From positions 419,487-483,486 of the forward strand of contig NC_068983.1 in the NCBI RefSeq assembly GCF_001194135.2: a stretch of DNA of 64,000 nt, in the 5' to 3' direction. Both the position numbers and the translations under genes were made by a program. The notes below the pieces were generated by a model that was not told the DNA's origin, ran no database searches, and saw nothing but the letters and a program-made list of their open reading frames with translations. Positions within the stretch are counted from its first letter, which is position 1. Each line of letters begins with the position of its first letter. Source of the stretch: Octopus bimaculoides. Taxonomy: Eukaryota. This document shows, piece by piece, positions 11,201-25,434 of the stretch.

Positions 11201-13017
11201 TGGAGACGTAGATTCCATGGGCTGTTCATTGAAAGGTGTCTTGAAGTGTGAATTCACCGCAATGCTTCGCGGATTTTTCTGGTTCTTTTGCCCTGTAAGT
11301 TCAAATCCCGCGAAAGACTATTTAAAAAAGGTCGATAAAATAGAGCACCAGTCATGTACCTAAATTAGAAACAGTTTATGGCCAGATCCCAGTAGTTGTG
11401 AAGTAGACTTTATCCATCACCAGGTTTAACACCAGCACATAGTCCATATGTGATTTAGCAGAGTCTACCCCATTGCAAGCATTTGGGGCAGTTTTTGGTT
11501 TAAGAGTAACTATTTCCATTCTTCTCAGCACTTTCGGAGACCGTTAAAAATGAAGGATTATGGGTAATGGCATTCGGCCTGTAACTTTGATACTTAATGT
11601 GAATGTCATTTGAAAGTCAAGTGATGGTCACCGGAAAGTCTCCTGAAGATCAATGTCTGGGGATGTAACAGGCGGTTTGGTCCGAATTCTTGTAATAGAA
11701 GAATGAAAACAAAGAAACAAAGGATTCTTTATTAGTATTTACTTCCAGGTCAGCTTCGACAGGTCAATGGAGGGATGAACAGAGATCAACAGAGATCAAG
11801 AGAAATTAATGGAGAGCAAATGTCACGCCAGCCTTGATCGTAAAGTCCTTCTGGAATAGTGTACCGTGAGCTACATTGTACACTGTGTCCTTTTCTAAGA
11901 CGATAGACTGTTGTTTGAGGGTGGAATGGCTGCTAATTCTAGCAGATGGAGCGACTATGTAGAGGTTTGTTTATTGGTTGGAGTCGGTGCTGATGTAAGT
12001 AAGAGAGGAGTGTTAGGGTTTACCACTGAAAGGTTAAAGCTACTTCTATATTTACCCCCAACTCCTCATTTTTCTGGGTATCGCTTGAACCTTTAATTGT
12101 TACTTGTGATAATTACTGATCGAGACGAACCTAATGTTAATTGGTTGTTAAACATGATGGAAATCATCATCACGTGACTGATAAAATGTTATTGAAGTGT
12201 GGTGGTTTTTGCTTTTAGGAATCCTATTGATTGAATGTTTTTGCCGCGAATACAAAGAAAGCAACTATATTTATTTGAAGAGGTTACTTATGCAATATAA
12301 CTGCAACCATTTCATAGCTTTCCTCTATTATTAATTTGATTATAGCTAAAATATTGAAATCTTCAAAGGGTTATATATATATATCTACAAACAAATAAAT
12401 TTAATTTCTGCTCTAACTATCGTACAACGTAAAGCATTCCAATTGCACTGAAGTACACAATCTATTTATCTATTTGATAGGTCAGATAATGAAATAGCGT
12501 TTTCTTACAGTATTACTGGGGTCAAGAGCTGCTTCAGTGAAATAACCCCTAATATGGGGGAGGAATGGGACTGTTCTATAACTGTTCAAAACTTCTTCTT
12601 ATTGATGTTTGACTATTTTGTTTGATATTAAGACGGCAAACATATTTAATAATGTTATCGCAAATAGAACTATTCTAACATTTGGATCTCTATGTACAGA
12701 GCAGGGTCTGAAAATATTGATTTATCAAATAGGAGCAACTGGACCTCAGATTAATGGGAGACGAAGCATTGATTGTGTGACGTCATCAAAATGGTTATCT
12801 CTACTGCGATCACTGTGGTGTCATTGCACACACACACACACACATACACACACACAAATATATATGTCGATACACACACATATACACCGACGGAAGAGAA
12901 AACAGGGAGAGAGAGAGAGATTAGGATGGGAGAGAGGGGGATAGAAAGGAGAGGCAAAGATAGAAGAGGGAAAACAGTGACAAGTGTGGGAGAGGAGAGA
13001 GAGAGAAGAATGAAACA

Positions 13018-13065
<48 letters not shown>

Positions 13066-15008
13066 TCTTGGGAATGCTGATGGACGATTTAAGTTAGATG
13101 AGGATTGAGATGGATCTGGAAGGTCGACAGATCGCTTCTTGTCTCAGACTGGTGGAGCCTGTACAGATTTAACTTTCAGTGGTAGAACGGAACTAACCCA
13201 ATCAGGAGACACGACTGTTAGGGAGCACAGTTCGTTAAGTTGTTCCGAAAATTGTCATTGCTAAGAATTTAAAGATGTATTTACATCCAATTGATCATAT
13301 TTTAAAAGCAAGACTACAGAGAGTTTAAAACCGTTTTCATTAGAGTCAGGTTCCAACGAGTACCAAATTCTTGTGACGTACCAATTCTATACGAGTGTGA
13401 TGGGATAGGATTTCTGGTGGAAAATAAATACAAAACAATCGAGAAACATTGATTTATGAAAGACTATTTTATGAAACGGCTTCGACTAATGGACAAGATA
13501 AGGTCTTGGTGCCATTTTAAAAACTGTGTCTAGAACTCTAAGAATGAAAGAGGAGAGGGAAACCATCACGATTTAGTCACTGTTCTCTTAGCTAAATGCT
13601 GAGGCAACTATATCAAAAGAGGGAACAGTGATCTAATCACTGAAACACATTATATTTGACGTCATTTAACAAGCTCCGGTTTTTTCTCTCAAACTTTACA
13701 TAAATATCATCCGATATCTCTCTTCTTTGGAAATGTCATTATAAATCATCCCAATTTGGGTAATCTGTTGTTGCAAGATATTTTACTGTGTTTATCTCGT
13801 ACACAATTCGTTCAGAACAAAACAAAATTAGAAGGAAAACATATATCCGTTTGCAGTTTGTAATAATAAATTGAACATTTAGTCGGATTTATTCTGGTCA
13901 GCATATCATTTCATATATTTATTGATTTAGCTAACAATGTTTTCTCTCCTCTGCAGGAATTTTCTAGTTGTTGTTGTCAATAACCATTCTATCCCAGTGT
14001 TATGGGCGAATACAATGGAAACACACAACACAAACATGTTTTTAAGTCGAAATCTATGAATAAGTGTCGTTCACAACCAACAACAGTTGCATTCATCAGT
14101 TGAAAAAAGAATGAAATATTGTTCAAACTGACAGAATCTCCTCTATTGTTAAAAGCGAACATATTAATTTCCTCATGTAGAAGAGATTCAGGAAAACATT
14201 GATTAACTAGTGTTTTATTCTAAAGAATTGATTTTGAACGGATTAAAACGAATTAGTGCTCAGGGTCGGCCAGCAATTGGTTGCAGTCCCCTGTTTTTAT
14301 TTGAAGAATATTGTGAAAATATTGTTAAAGTATTGTATTTTAAATATGTCTCGCAGGAAAACAGTGGCTAAGACCAGTGGGTAAAATAGCCTTATAATGT
14401 TCAAGCCCAAAGAAAACCCGCTATGTATTCAATAGATCTGCTAGAAATAGCAGTAAAATCTTCCACAAATCCGAGTTCATCGTCTTTACAAGAGAAAAAC
14501 ATTAAACAATATAATTCTTAATGCAAAAACGCAAGCAAAGAAACAAATAAACAACAGAAATAAAACAGGATGTTCACATCTGGAACGTTTTTAGTCATAT
14601 ACCTTTTTGTCGATGCTATCCGACTGGGATTAAACAACGATCGGGATCAGATATGTTATCGGAATTGAACCCGCACTCAGAGGGTCCAGATTTGCGGTTT
14701 TCTTTAATAAGAATTAACAAAAGATTTGTTTCTCTGTTAATGGAAGTTAATTCGTTAAAATCTTACCATTTTCCAAAATGTAAATGTGCGCGCGCGTGCC
14801 TATCTTTATTACGAGTGTCTGCTGTTCTGCTTGTATATTGTGCGAGGCTATGTGAGAGTGCGTGAAGATATGTACGGGAATTTCACGTATATATTTCAAT
14901 AGGAGTGTGTGTGTGTGTGTGGCGGTGGTGTATACCACCTGTATAGTATGTCTCCCTCTACCACCTCTACAGTAAGATGTATTATAAGGAAACTGGTGTT
15001 ACTTAGTA

Positions 15009-15040
<32 letters not shown>

Positions 15041-15234
15041 CACAAGTTTGATAATGAACATGATAACGAGACATGGTGGATATCTGAATAATGAGCCACG
15101 AAATTTTGTTCCTACAATATTTAATGGAGATTCGAGCGAACAATATATACATATGGCGGTGCCGCAGCCTCGAGGCTGAAACATAAAAAAGAATACGTAT
15201 ATACATGTTTCCGCCTAGAAAATCCATTCAAAAG

Positions 15235-15350
15235 GCATTTTTCGGTCCGGGAGAACAATTGTAGGGAGACACTTGCCGAAGATGCCACGTAGTGAGACTG
15301 AACTCGAAATCATGTAGCTCGAAAGCAAGCTTCTTAACGCGCTTGCCATA
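15235..15350 (-). mobile_element. Type A SINE 5' fragment
   Basis: gacacttgccgaagatgccacgtagtgagactgaactcgaaatcatg matches the other type A copies. Confidence 0.7.
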
Positions 15351-15352
15351 TG

Positions 15353-15383
<31 letters not shown>

Positions 15384-16099
15384 NNNNNNNNNNNNNNNNN
15401 NNNNNNNNNNNNNNNNNNNNNNNNNNNNNNNNNNNNNNNNNNNNNNNNNNNNNNNNNNNNNNNNNNNNNNNNNNNNNNNNNNNNNNNNNNNNNNNNNNNN
15501 NNNNNNNNNNNNNNNNNNNNNNNNNNNNNNNNNNNNNNNNNNNNNNNNNNNNNNNNNNNNNNNNNNNNNNNNNNNNNNNNNNNNNNNNNNNNNNNNNNNN
15601 NNNNNNNNNNNNNNNNNNNNNNNNNNNNNNNNNNNNNNNNNNNNNNNNNNNNNNNNNNNNNNNNNNNNNNNNNNNNNNNNNNNNNNNNNNNNNNNNNNNN
15701 NNNNNNNNNNNNNNNNNNNNNNNNNNNNNNNNNNNNNNNNNNNNNNNNNNNNNNNNNNNNNNNNNNNNNNNNNNNNNNNNNNNNNNNNNNNNNNNNNNNN
15801 NNNNNNNNNNNNNNTATGGCAAGCGCGTTAAGAATGCATTTTCCTAACCATCTTCACTTATTAAAAAGATATTCATTGCAATGAGTTATGTCTTGCTACC
15901 AGTTTCATTTAATATGTTGAGCATAGACATAGCTCCATTATAGATCAACTAAGAAAAGGAAAATGCAACAGTGCATTTAATCTGAACACCCAAAGAAAAC
16001 ACCAAATAAACTGAAAGACATTCTGATTAGTAGACGTTATCCACTATCATTAATTAATAAATCTGTCGAAAGAGCCGAGGCAGTTTATATCAATGATTT

Positions 16100-16600
16100 A
16101 GCGCTGTGAAGATTAAGACAGAAATAAATATTTTACCACACGTCCTAATTCAGCAAATTTTTCCTCTGTTAAAACAAGATTCTGGAATGAGGAGAATCTT
16201 ACACAAAAAAAAAAAAAAATTAAAGCAAAAACAAAAACAAACAAAAACTACTGTCATTGAAGAAAATTATAACAAATGCCTAACACCTAATAACATTGCA
16301 CAAAACTTGACTGTTAAGAAATGCGCAAGATCTAAAATGAGAAAATTTTGATGATAAAAAATTAACTTTCCATGCCTTTTGTAAAACTTTATTTATGTCA
16401 AAACATACTGTGAGTGTGACGAGAATTATATTGGCATGTCACCCAGAACACGCATGACGGTTCACCCTCAACAAATCTGTGATTCGAACACTAGAAAAAT
16501 TCGACTCTGAGAGCATTTAGATAGATATACTGGAATTCTGCAACGGAATTTTATACTTCCCCTACAATGTCAATGTGCACAAAATATGATACAACAACAA
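16100..16600 (+). mobile_element. Penelope-like element remnant (GIY-YIG endonuclease region)
   Basis: LKQDSGMRRIL...TVKKCARSK and CECDENYIGMSPRTRMTVHPQQICDSNTRKIRL*EHLD. Contains the YIG motif and resembles 58.9-59.25 kb. Confidence 0.7.
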
Positions 16601-16887
16601 AAAATAAATAATAAACTATTTTTATAGTAAATTATAAATCAAGTTTAAATCATGAAGCAAATACACGCATTTCTAATTCATTTTCTAATATTTATAAGAT
16701 ATATATTTTCTTTATATTTTTGAATAATTAAAATTGCAAAAATGTACATCTCTACATAATTTGCATTTAAGAATACGTACAATATTTCCCCTATTTCTTC
16801 CTAGTGAGTCTTAGATGCACTATATTAAATGAAGACAGCTAACCAGCCATTTACGTCCGTCCGTCCGTCCGTCCGTCCGTCCGTCTA

Positions 16888-16982
<95 letters not shown>

Positions 16983-19003
16983 GCAATCTAGATATGATCT
17001 CGAATCGTTCATATCTAGCGTGTTTCTTTGGTTTTGTGACGTAGCGGTCGCAGCTGCAGAAATCCCTCTCCCCACCACAGATTGTGAATCCTGATCAATC
17101 TTGGTAATGGTGGTGATGTTGGTGACGAAGCCAGAAGGAACAAAGTGCATGAAGTGAAATAAACTTACCGCCATGTAAAATGGCGAAATATTGAACGATG
17201 AAATAAAATCGTAACTTATATTGACAGAATATCTATATATAGAGAGAGATACTACTTGTACATTCACTGTTTTCTATATACATTTTGAGTTTAAATCCGC
17301 CAAGGTCGACTACAAATAACAAAATATGATGCAAATATCTTTGAAGAATTCTTTCCACTTATAATCAGTGCTCATTTTACCTCAGCTCAAGTAGCACGGT
17401 TTCAGGTCACAATATCTCCTCACCTTCAAAATCAATTGCTGAAAATTTTAACCACAACTCCCTCAGTTGATAGAACAGTTTTTCTAGTATTGAGGTCTTT
17501 AACATGGTCCAAACATAGTATTTTGTTGGAAGATTCCCTTAACAGTTTTCTTCTAAAGGTTATTACAAGATGGCTGATCTGACTAGCAAAAAAATTCTGA
17601 GAGAATTTGATTACAAGAAGAATCTTCTGATTTGGAATTTCTGGGAAAGCAGTTTGTTCTCTTTAGCGAAACTCTGTGTGGCTCCTTAACACTTCAATTT
17701 TTATATCTCAAAAATATTGATTCTTCACAGTGCGGAGCTCAAACTCATTAGCTTTCCTGACAGTTTTACTGCTTTTGGCTCAAGTCTTGACTCAAAACTG
17801 ATCACGAATATATTGAACGAATTCGTCCCCAAACAGATTCACCTTTTTTTTTTAAAGAGGTACAGGATTTCAATTGACTGTTACTGCCCATCATTATCAC
17901 TTACAAGTCCAAGTTTCTGGTCAAACATTATCTCTGAAACAACAATTCAATATACTCGAAGTCACATACAGCACGTTATAAAAAAAACTGACAGTTGGTG
18001 TACACCATTTTTAAATCATTGGCTGGAATTACAGGGGAAATCCTCCTCTGTAACAACCTACAGCGGCTCTGCTCTGGCCCCAAAATAAATAAAGTCGATT
18101 ATGCATGGTAACTTTCGAAGCTTTTTGTATCAGACATAGAAAATAACAGTTGAAAGGTGTCTACAAAACGACGGCTGGAGACAAAGTTTGTTCCTAAAGA
18201 GGTTATGAAACAAAACTATTGAAAGTACAACCACTGTTTTAATATTAGATTTTACAATTCGTAAATCAATTCTACAGCAAGTGTCACGCACGTCACCCAT
18301 TATCTTCAAGTCCCGAAAACAAAGGAAAAATGAAGACTCTCTGCTCATTAATTTTAGCAAAAACTCGCACAATTTGAAATTGGCTGACATAGGAAAGTAA
18401 AAAATTTGCAAGAAAAGAAAGAAAAAAAGCGTTACTGTTTGGCAGTTGAGGATGTAACTTTGGGATGGGGGTTGAAATGTTGTGACCATCTTGAAATACA
18501 TCGAGGAAGCTACCCACCACCATACCAGCTCATTATCAATAAAAAAGAAAAATTATCAACTAAGTGGTACCCTCTTTCTGTTTTGGTTCCTGCTGAACAA
18601 GTCACAGTTCAAGAAATACCGATGGCAGCATGTCCAGGTTACAAGATACACGGATCATTCGTAGCATATTTCTTCGTCAGTCAGAGTCCGGAAAGCCCTG
18701 GCGGTTTCACACTTTTATACACACACACCTACCTACCTACCTACCTACTTACCTACCTACCTACATACATACATACATACATACATACATACATACATAC
18801 ATACATACATACATACACGCGCGCATATAAGAAAAAAATGGATTTAAAAAGTCGAGGCGAATACTTTATAAACAGTCTGTAGGAACAAACTTGAGTATCT
18901 AAACCGTTCCAATGAAAGCTATTTGTAATCCACATTGGCCGTAAAATTGCTTTCCGCTGCCTGTCCAGCTTGTAAATTCAAAGTTCAAACTGTGAATAAA
19001 TTT

Positions 19004-19356
19004 AGTATAAAGTCACAGAGTATAGAAGAAAATCGCAAAAGAATGGAGAATTATACATTATTTAATTCGCTTACATGCGTTTCGGATAGAATGGCATTTC
19101 AAAATTCTGTGATGCAGAAATCATGCATATTAACCAATCCCATATTGGATTGACTAAGTTTCTATAAAGATAGGGAAATTTAATACTGTGCTTTCCCTAA
19201 GAAGCTTAGTCGATCAAATATGGGACCGGTTAATATGCATGATTTCTGCATCACAGAATTTTGAAACGCCACGCCATCCGAAACGCGTGTAAACGTATTA
19301 AAGACTGTACAATCCTCCATTATTTGTTTTTCTTCTATATTCTGTGACTTTATACT
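19004..19356. repeat. About 350-bp imperfect palindrome (fold-back element)
   Basis: Arms 19004-19178 and 19192-19356 with a 13-nt spacer. The ORF track shows near-identical peptides on opposite strands (SIKSQ.IEE...AFQNSVMQKSCILT). Confidence 0.92.
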
Positions 19357-19453
19357 GCACACACACATACATACACACACACGCACTTTCTGTAAAAGGT
19401 AAGCATGTATATTAAACATCAAACAAAATACTTATAAAACCCCATATGACATT

Positions 19454-19507
<54 letters not shown>

Positions 19508-19955
19508 CACACACACACAAATACACATCCCATATAAATACATTATGCATAAATCATTTTCTTCTCACATACAAAAAGAAAAAAAAAACCTAATTTCTAT
19601 ATATCTCTATGTTATTGACGACAACAGTTTTACGAAATTGTCACATTTCTTTATTAAAAATTCTTCAGAATTCCACTTGAAAAGTGCATTAAATTTCGAA
19701 GTTGATTTTACTGACACAATAGATGTTGTTTTAATAAAAAGAAAATACCATTTAATCTTGTTAAACATTTTTCATTTCATAAACATTATCGACAACCTAT
19801 TGGAAAGAGCTTTTCTAAAAAGTTAACATTGAAGAATCAATCAATGGAATATGTGCTTGAACTGGCGGTAAAAAGAAGTGGAGGGGGTAGAAGTGTGTGT
19901 GTGTGTGTGCGTGTGTACTTGGACAAGCACTATTGACAGATCGTTCATGTTACAG

Positions 19956-20016
19956 GATCGAAGTAAAGGAGCATCGACAGGAGAAGCAGATAATTGAAAA
20001 ATCGATGTGCAGACAG
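19956..20016 (+). CDS. Candidate 61-nt exon (IEVKEHRQEKQIIEKSMCRQ)
   Basis: Acceptor catgttacag|G and donor cag|gtatct. Open frame is phase-compatible with ATGTCTAGAAG| at 7915-7925. Confidence 0.22.
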
Positions 20017-20715
20017 GTATCTCAACATCCTTCAGTTTGATGACAGTCTCTTAAGGTATAAACTAATATTTCAGGAAATGTTTTAAGACAATCGAGTTGA
20101 GAAACTGAACCAAAATAAGACAAAGAATAATTAACGTAGAACTTTTGTGGAAAATGAATATTGCAGTGAAAAGAGCTAATCTTTATAAAACGGCCCCTAA
20201 AATAATGTAAGGATTCTGTAGATACTTTTTAAAGCCATGCATTTTAGTATAACTAGTGTACAAGCCTTGTGACATCAGATATTAAGAAATGGGAAGAGTT
20301 AAATTGGACAATGGCAGAGAGGAAAGATTTGAAAAGAAAAGTTCAGTAGTTTTGGTTTGAAAAGAGAATGAAAACTAATCCGTTAATAAGAGGCATATTA
20401 AAGAAAAGTAGCGGGACCCGTGAATATTTCACGGAATTAATGGTAAACCTATTAGGTTATTTCTGAAAATGCTAACCCCCTCTCTCCCTCCTATTCACCA
20501 TATCCTCTTTTTCTTTCTCCCTTTTCTTTCTCCTCTCTTTCTCTTCAACTAATCACGTGGAAGTGTTACAATTACATTCCCTCTACCTCACGTCATGGAC
20601 GCGTCTCTCTCCCTCTTTTTCTCTAATCACGTTAAAGTGTTACCAACGGGCTAAGTAACACAATGACAAGCAGAATTATTATAAGGTTCCGAGAGAAGCC
20701 AGAGAGAGGAATGAA

Positions 20716-20770
<55 letters not shown>

Positions 20771-21769
20771 TGTAACAATAGGACAAAATATTAGTTTAAA
20801 AAATTGTCAAATGCTTGTCAATATAGAAGGTTGTAAAATGACGATAATGATGATGATAATATTGGTGGTGTTGGTGTTGGTGGTGGTGGTGGTGGTGGTT
20901 GTGGTGGTGGTGGTTGTGNNNNNNNNNNNNNNNNNNNNNNNNNNNNNNNNNNNNNNNNNNNNNNNNNNNNNNNNNNNNNNNNNNNNNNNNNNNNNNNNNN
21001 NNNNNNNNNNNNNNNNNNNNNNNNNNNNNNNNNNNNNNNNNNNNNNNNNNNNNNNNNNNNNNNNNNNNNNNNNNNNNNNNNNNNNNNNNNNNNNNNNNNN
21101 NNNNNNNNNNNNNNNNNNNNNNNNNNNNNNNNNNNNNNNNNNNNNNNNNNNNNNNNNNNNNNNNNNNNNNNNNNNNNNNNNNNNNNNNNNNNNNNNNNNN
21201 NNNNNNNNNNNNNNNNNNNNNNNNNNNNNNNNNNNNNNNNNNNNNNNNNNNNNNNNNNNNNNNNNNNNNNNNNNNNNNNNNNNNNNNNNNNNNNNNNNNN
21301 NNNNNNNNNNNNNNNNNNNNNNNNNNNNNNNNNNNNNNNNNNNNNNNNNNNNNNNNNNNNNNNNNNNNNNNNNNNNNNNNNNNNNNNNNNNNNNNNNNNN
21401 NNNNNNNNNNNNNNNNNNNNNNNNNNNNNNNNNNNNNNNNNNNNNNNNNNNNNNNNNNNNNNNNNNNNNNNNNNNNNNNNNNNNNNNNNNNNNNNNNNNN
21501 NNNNNNNNNNNNNNNNNNNNNNNNNNNNNNNNNNNNNNNNNNNNNNNNNNNNNNNNNNNNNNNNNNNNNNNNNNNNNNNNNNNNNNNNNNNNNNNNNNNN
21601 NNNNNNNNNNNNNNNNNNNNNNNNNNNNNNNNNNNNNNNNNNNNNNNNNNNNNNNNNNNNNNNNNNNNNNNNNNNNNNNNNNNNNNNNNNNTGGTGGTGT
21701 TGGTGGTGGTGGTGGTGGTGGTGGTGGTGGTGGTAATTGTCGATAAACAAAAGATTAGAGAAGGAATAC

Positions 21770-22330
21770 CTTAAAATAAGACTGTGATAAAGCAACCTTT
21801 GAGAGCCGAGCACCAGCCGAAGGGGGGGGGAGTATTGGAAAATGAACATTATAAAATCGTCAGGGATCTTAGTATACAATGTGATCAGATGAAAGAGCCG
21901 AGACGACCAGATACTGTGTTCATCGATAAAAATGAGGTTAAAAGGTTCAGATCATGGATGTTGGAATACCACGTGATTCGAAGTTAAAAGATAAAGAACG
22001 AGAAAAGATGGAGAAATGCCAGCAAACGAGTGGGGAGATAGGAAGGCTTTGGGGTACGAGGAAAATGATTGTGATACGGGTAGTCACTGAAGCATTAGGA
22101 GTGGCCTCTTAGGGGTTTGAAAAGATCATGGAGATTATTGGAGTTACAATCAGGCTTGAAGTGATCCAGAAAACAGCTTTGTTGGGTACATCTCGTATTC
22201 TAAGGGAAGTGTTGCCTCTCTGAGACGCAGGAGAAGACCCTTGCTTAAAACTTTTGGGAATTTGTTATTACCTGCTTTCAAGGAAAGAAAAATCAGGAAT
22301 TAAGATTTAACCAAGTGCCAGAGGATAAAG
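21770..22330 (+). mobile_element. R4/Dong-like LINE 3' fragment (RLE domain plus 3'UTR)
   Basis: GVLENEHYKIVRDLSIQCDQMKEPRRPDTVFID...EVIQKTALLGTSRILREVL. RRPD motif of the restriction-like endonuclease; same family as 62.8-63.9 kb. Confidence 0.82.
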
Positions 22331-23315
22331 ACAACAAACAATGATGATGATGATGATAATGATAATGACGATCGTCATCGGACATTTCATACATTCATCC
22401 GTCGTTTCTAGCTGCTCCACGCAGTGTTTGCAGCTATTTCTCTAATTTCATTTAATTTTTATCGCTTGATGTTTGGGATCCATGACCTGACAACGATCCA
22501 CCAAGCCACATCAAACACACACACACACACTTCTCCTTTTTACTCAGCTATCTTTTGGTCTTAATATATTTACATCACGAACTAACCTCCATATCCAATA
22601 TCGACATTAATCGTTTAAATGGTTTTAATCTTAATTAACTTTTAAACTTTATGACAATAATTCCATCTGAAATGTGATCAATAATATTCTGGAGAAAGAC
22701 AAATTGAAAAAACAAAACCCCAAACCAAATAAAATGAAAGCGTTGTCTATATTCTCAAGAACTGGTATTCGGAACTTTTGCAGTTGACCTGTTGGCATGT
22801 ATACATTTGGAAGCCAACACTAGAATCCTACCAAACTGTGGAAGCAATAATGAGACATGTGAATTTCTAAAGTGTTGTAAGTAACAACTCTTGCGATTAT
22901 ACTGAAGTTGAAAATAGGAAAGGTTGTTGGGAGAGTATTGTACCACAATGTGTGGATAGGATGTGTAAAACATGCTAAAAATTGTTCAAAAGAGAAAAAG
23001 GTTGTATTTTTTAGAAACAGCTGATTAGAAAGACCTATTCAATAATTAAAGGGTGACAGTTGTTGAGGCATTACTTGAATAATTAACAAGTTTTAATGAA
23101 ATTTACGATGATCTCATTAAATGATCAATAATAAGTTTTCACCTTGGAGTCGATATTGAAACCAATAAATCATTGACTTCATCAGAAACTGAAGTACATT
23201 TAATCCATTGGCTCTGAGCTTATTACTCTGATAATCATTTTCACGTCTTATTTGACAACTGTTGTAAATGTCAGCACACACACACACGCACACACACACA
23301 CACACATACACACGC

Positions 23316-23362
<47 letters not shown>

Positions 23363-25229
23363 GCAATGTAGGAGAAACTGAGAAGAGGACTATAGAATAT
23401 AATGGTAGTCAAAGTCTTGCAACATTTGGAAATCCCATGGAGCCAGTATTAACGACTGTTAAGATTGAAGAATATTGTTAATGGAATTATTTTGGTAGAA
23501 ATTAAGTCGCTACTTTCTTTGTGAAATATCTATTACCAATTTTGTTGGACGATTTTCTTTGCTTCTGATTGCTTCTAAGATTCTTAACACGAGGTGTCCA
23601 AAAATAAAATTCAAGCTAAAAAATGGTTTATATTTCCTGGAGATATTAACACAATAAAAAAAAAATTCTATTTCTAAGGACTAAATTCTTTGATTACGAA
23701 GGCAGTCATTCCTGTTTAGAGCGAATCCCTACCTGAGTTCATGAATCATTAGCTTTACAACAGAGTTTAAGTATATCTATATGGCACCTTAAAATGAGGC
23801 GAAAGATCGGTAATTCCTGTAAAATATAGCCTGACAGAAGCCAGGAAAACATAACCTTTTAGCAACACAGTAAACAGCGTCCCCTGTGACCACCACGACA
23901 GCTGAAACCAGTCATCACTTAGATACCTGGCCGTCCTCAAAGTATCTTTAAGTGCTCATTTGGAAGAGACTGTCTTCACCAAATTTCCAAAAATTACTTA
24001 CATCTAATTGATTTATTAATTTGGATTGAAACAACGAAAAAAAAAAAAAATAAATAAATAAACAAAAAGAAAAAGCTTTTGATTCAATGTTAAAAGTCGA
24101 GATGTTAGAAGCGAGTTGTGAGTTGTGAGAATAACTTCTTGATTCGAATCGTACCACTTCTGATGGTTTGTTGTAACGAATATTTGGATATGTGTCCACA
24201 TGGTGACAGTGTCTGCTATTACTTGTGGAACATTTCATTGATTCTATCACAAAAAATAGAACAAATGTAAGTTTTGATGATATTTAACGATTAACCAACC
24301 AATTCTGCCACACAGGACAGAGTAGTTAGAAAAGATTAAAGACTAATCTGGAAAATCGACGTTTGAAAGCAAATAATCTCTGAAGAAAACCTCGGAATAT
24401 TGCGAAAGGTAGAAAGCAAAATGGATTATTTGCTTAAATTTAAAAAAAAAATTTTTTTGTTCTTGAGTATTGTTCAAAAAAGAAGATGATTTTACTACGA
24501 TGAACATATGATGAAGAACAGGGGATGTCATAATAGAAAACGGTGCCGTAAATGGTGTCGTAGACCAAAGTAGACTTCCACTGTAACATTGCAAATGACT
24601 TGGTAATCCTTCGAAACTCTAGTTTAATTCACGTTGACACATTATTAGTCAAACGTAACAATTTATTGATTAACAACGACTGAACAGACAAGGAACACAC
24701 AAATTAGTATGAGAACTTGGAAAATATAATGTCTCTATATTGACCTCTCATAAACAACAGCAAATGGAATGTTATGTAAAACTAGAATTTCGATTGGAAG
24801 TGAAGACAAAGAAAATCTCTGTTGGAAATGAGAGAAATAATTGAAGCTTTCAATACAGTGGAATATAGTAAAGTTTGGTGTTGTGGCCAACACCGGGTAA
24901 AAGATATTGATAGCAGCAAAAATATATATTGTTTTACTAAAGTTTAGGACGCTACAACATTGTGAACTTTAATGATTTTAGTTTCATTGTCTTTTCACTT
25001 TGACTGGGTTTCTAGAGAAGAACTGTCCGTGTTTGGTTTAATATTAGTTCTATATTATGACAGCGTTATGAAGAAACATTGAACGACACGCATTGTTCAG
25101 GGAGAGATACTAGTAAAGCATTGTAGCTTAATTACAGGCGGCGTTTTCATGGCAAATTCTGGAATTCCTAACAGTTTCACTGAACCTTTGCTTTCGTTTC
25201 TACACCGAAGTTGATCAGGAAGTCTCCCC

Positions 25230-25270
<41 letters not shown>

Positions 25271-25363
25271 NNNNNNNNNNATACTCACACAGAATGTTAA
25301 TCAACAATTCCGAGGAAAAAAACAAAAAAAAAAACAGAACCAAGAAAAAACAACGAACTATTA

Positions 25364-25434
<71 letters not shown>

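Noticed and set aside
15331-15834. Exact 20-bp inverted repeat on either side of a gap (15331-50 and 15815-34)
   Set aside because: It flanks self-complementary (TA)n and an N-gap, so it is most likely an assembly artefact.
22755-24270. Possible exons near 22759-22877 and 24100-24266
   Set aside because: Acceptors are weak, candidates conflict between strands, and the peptides are unrecognisable.
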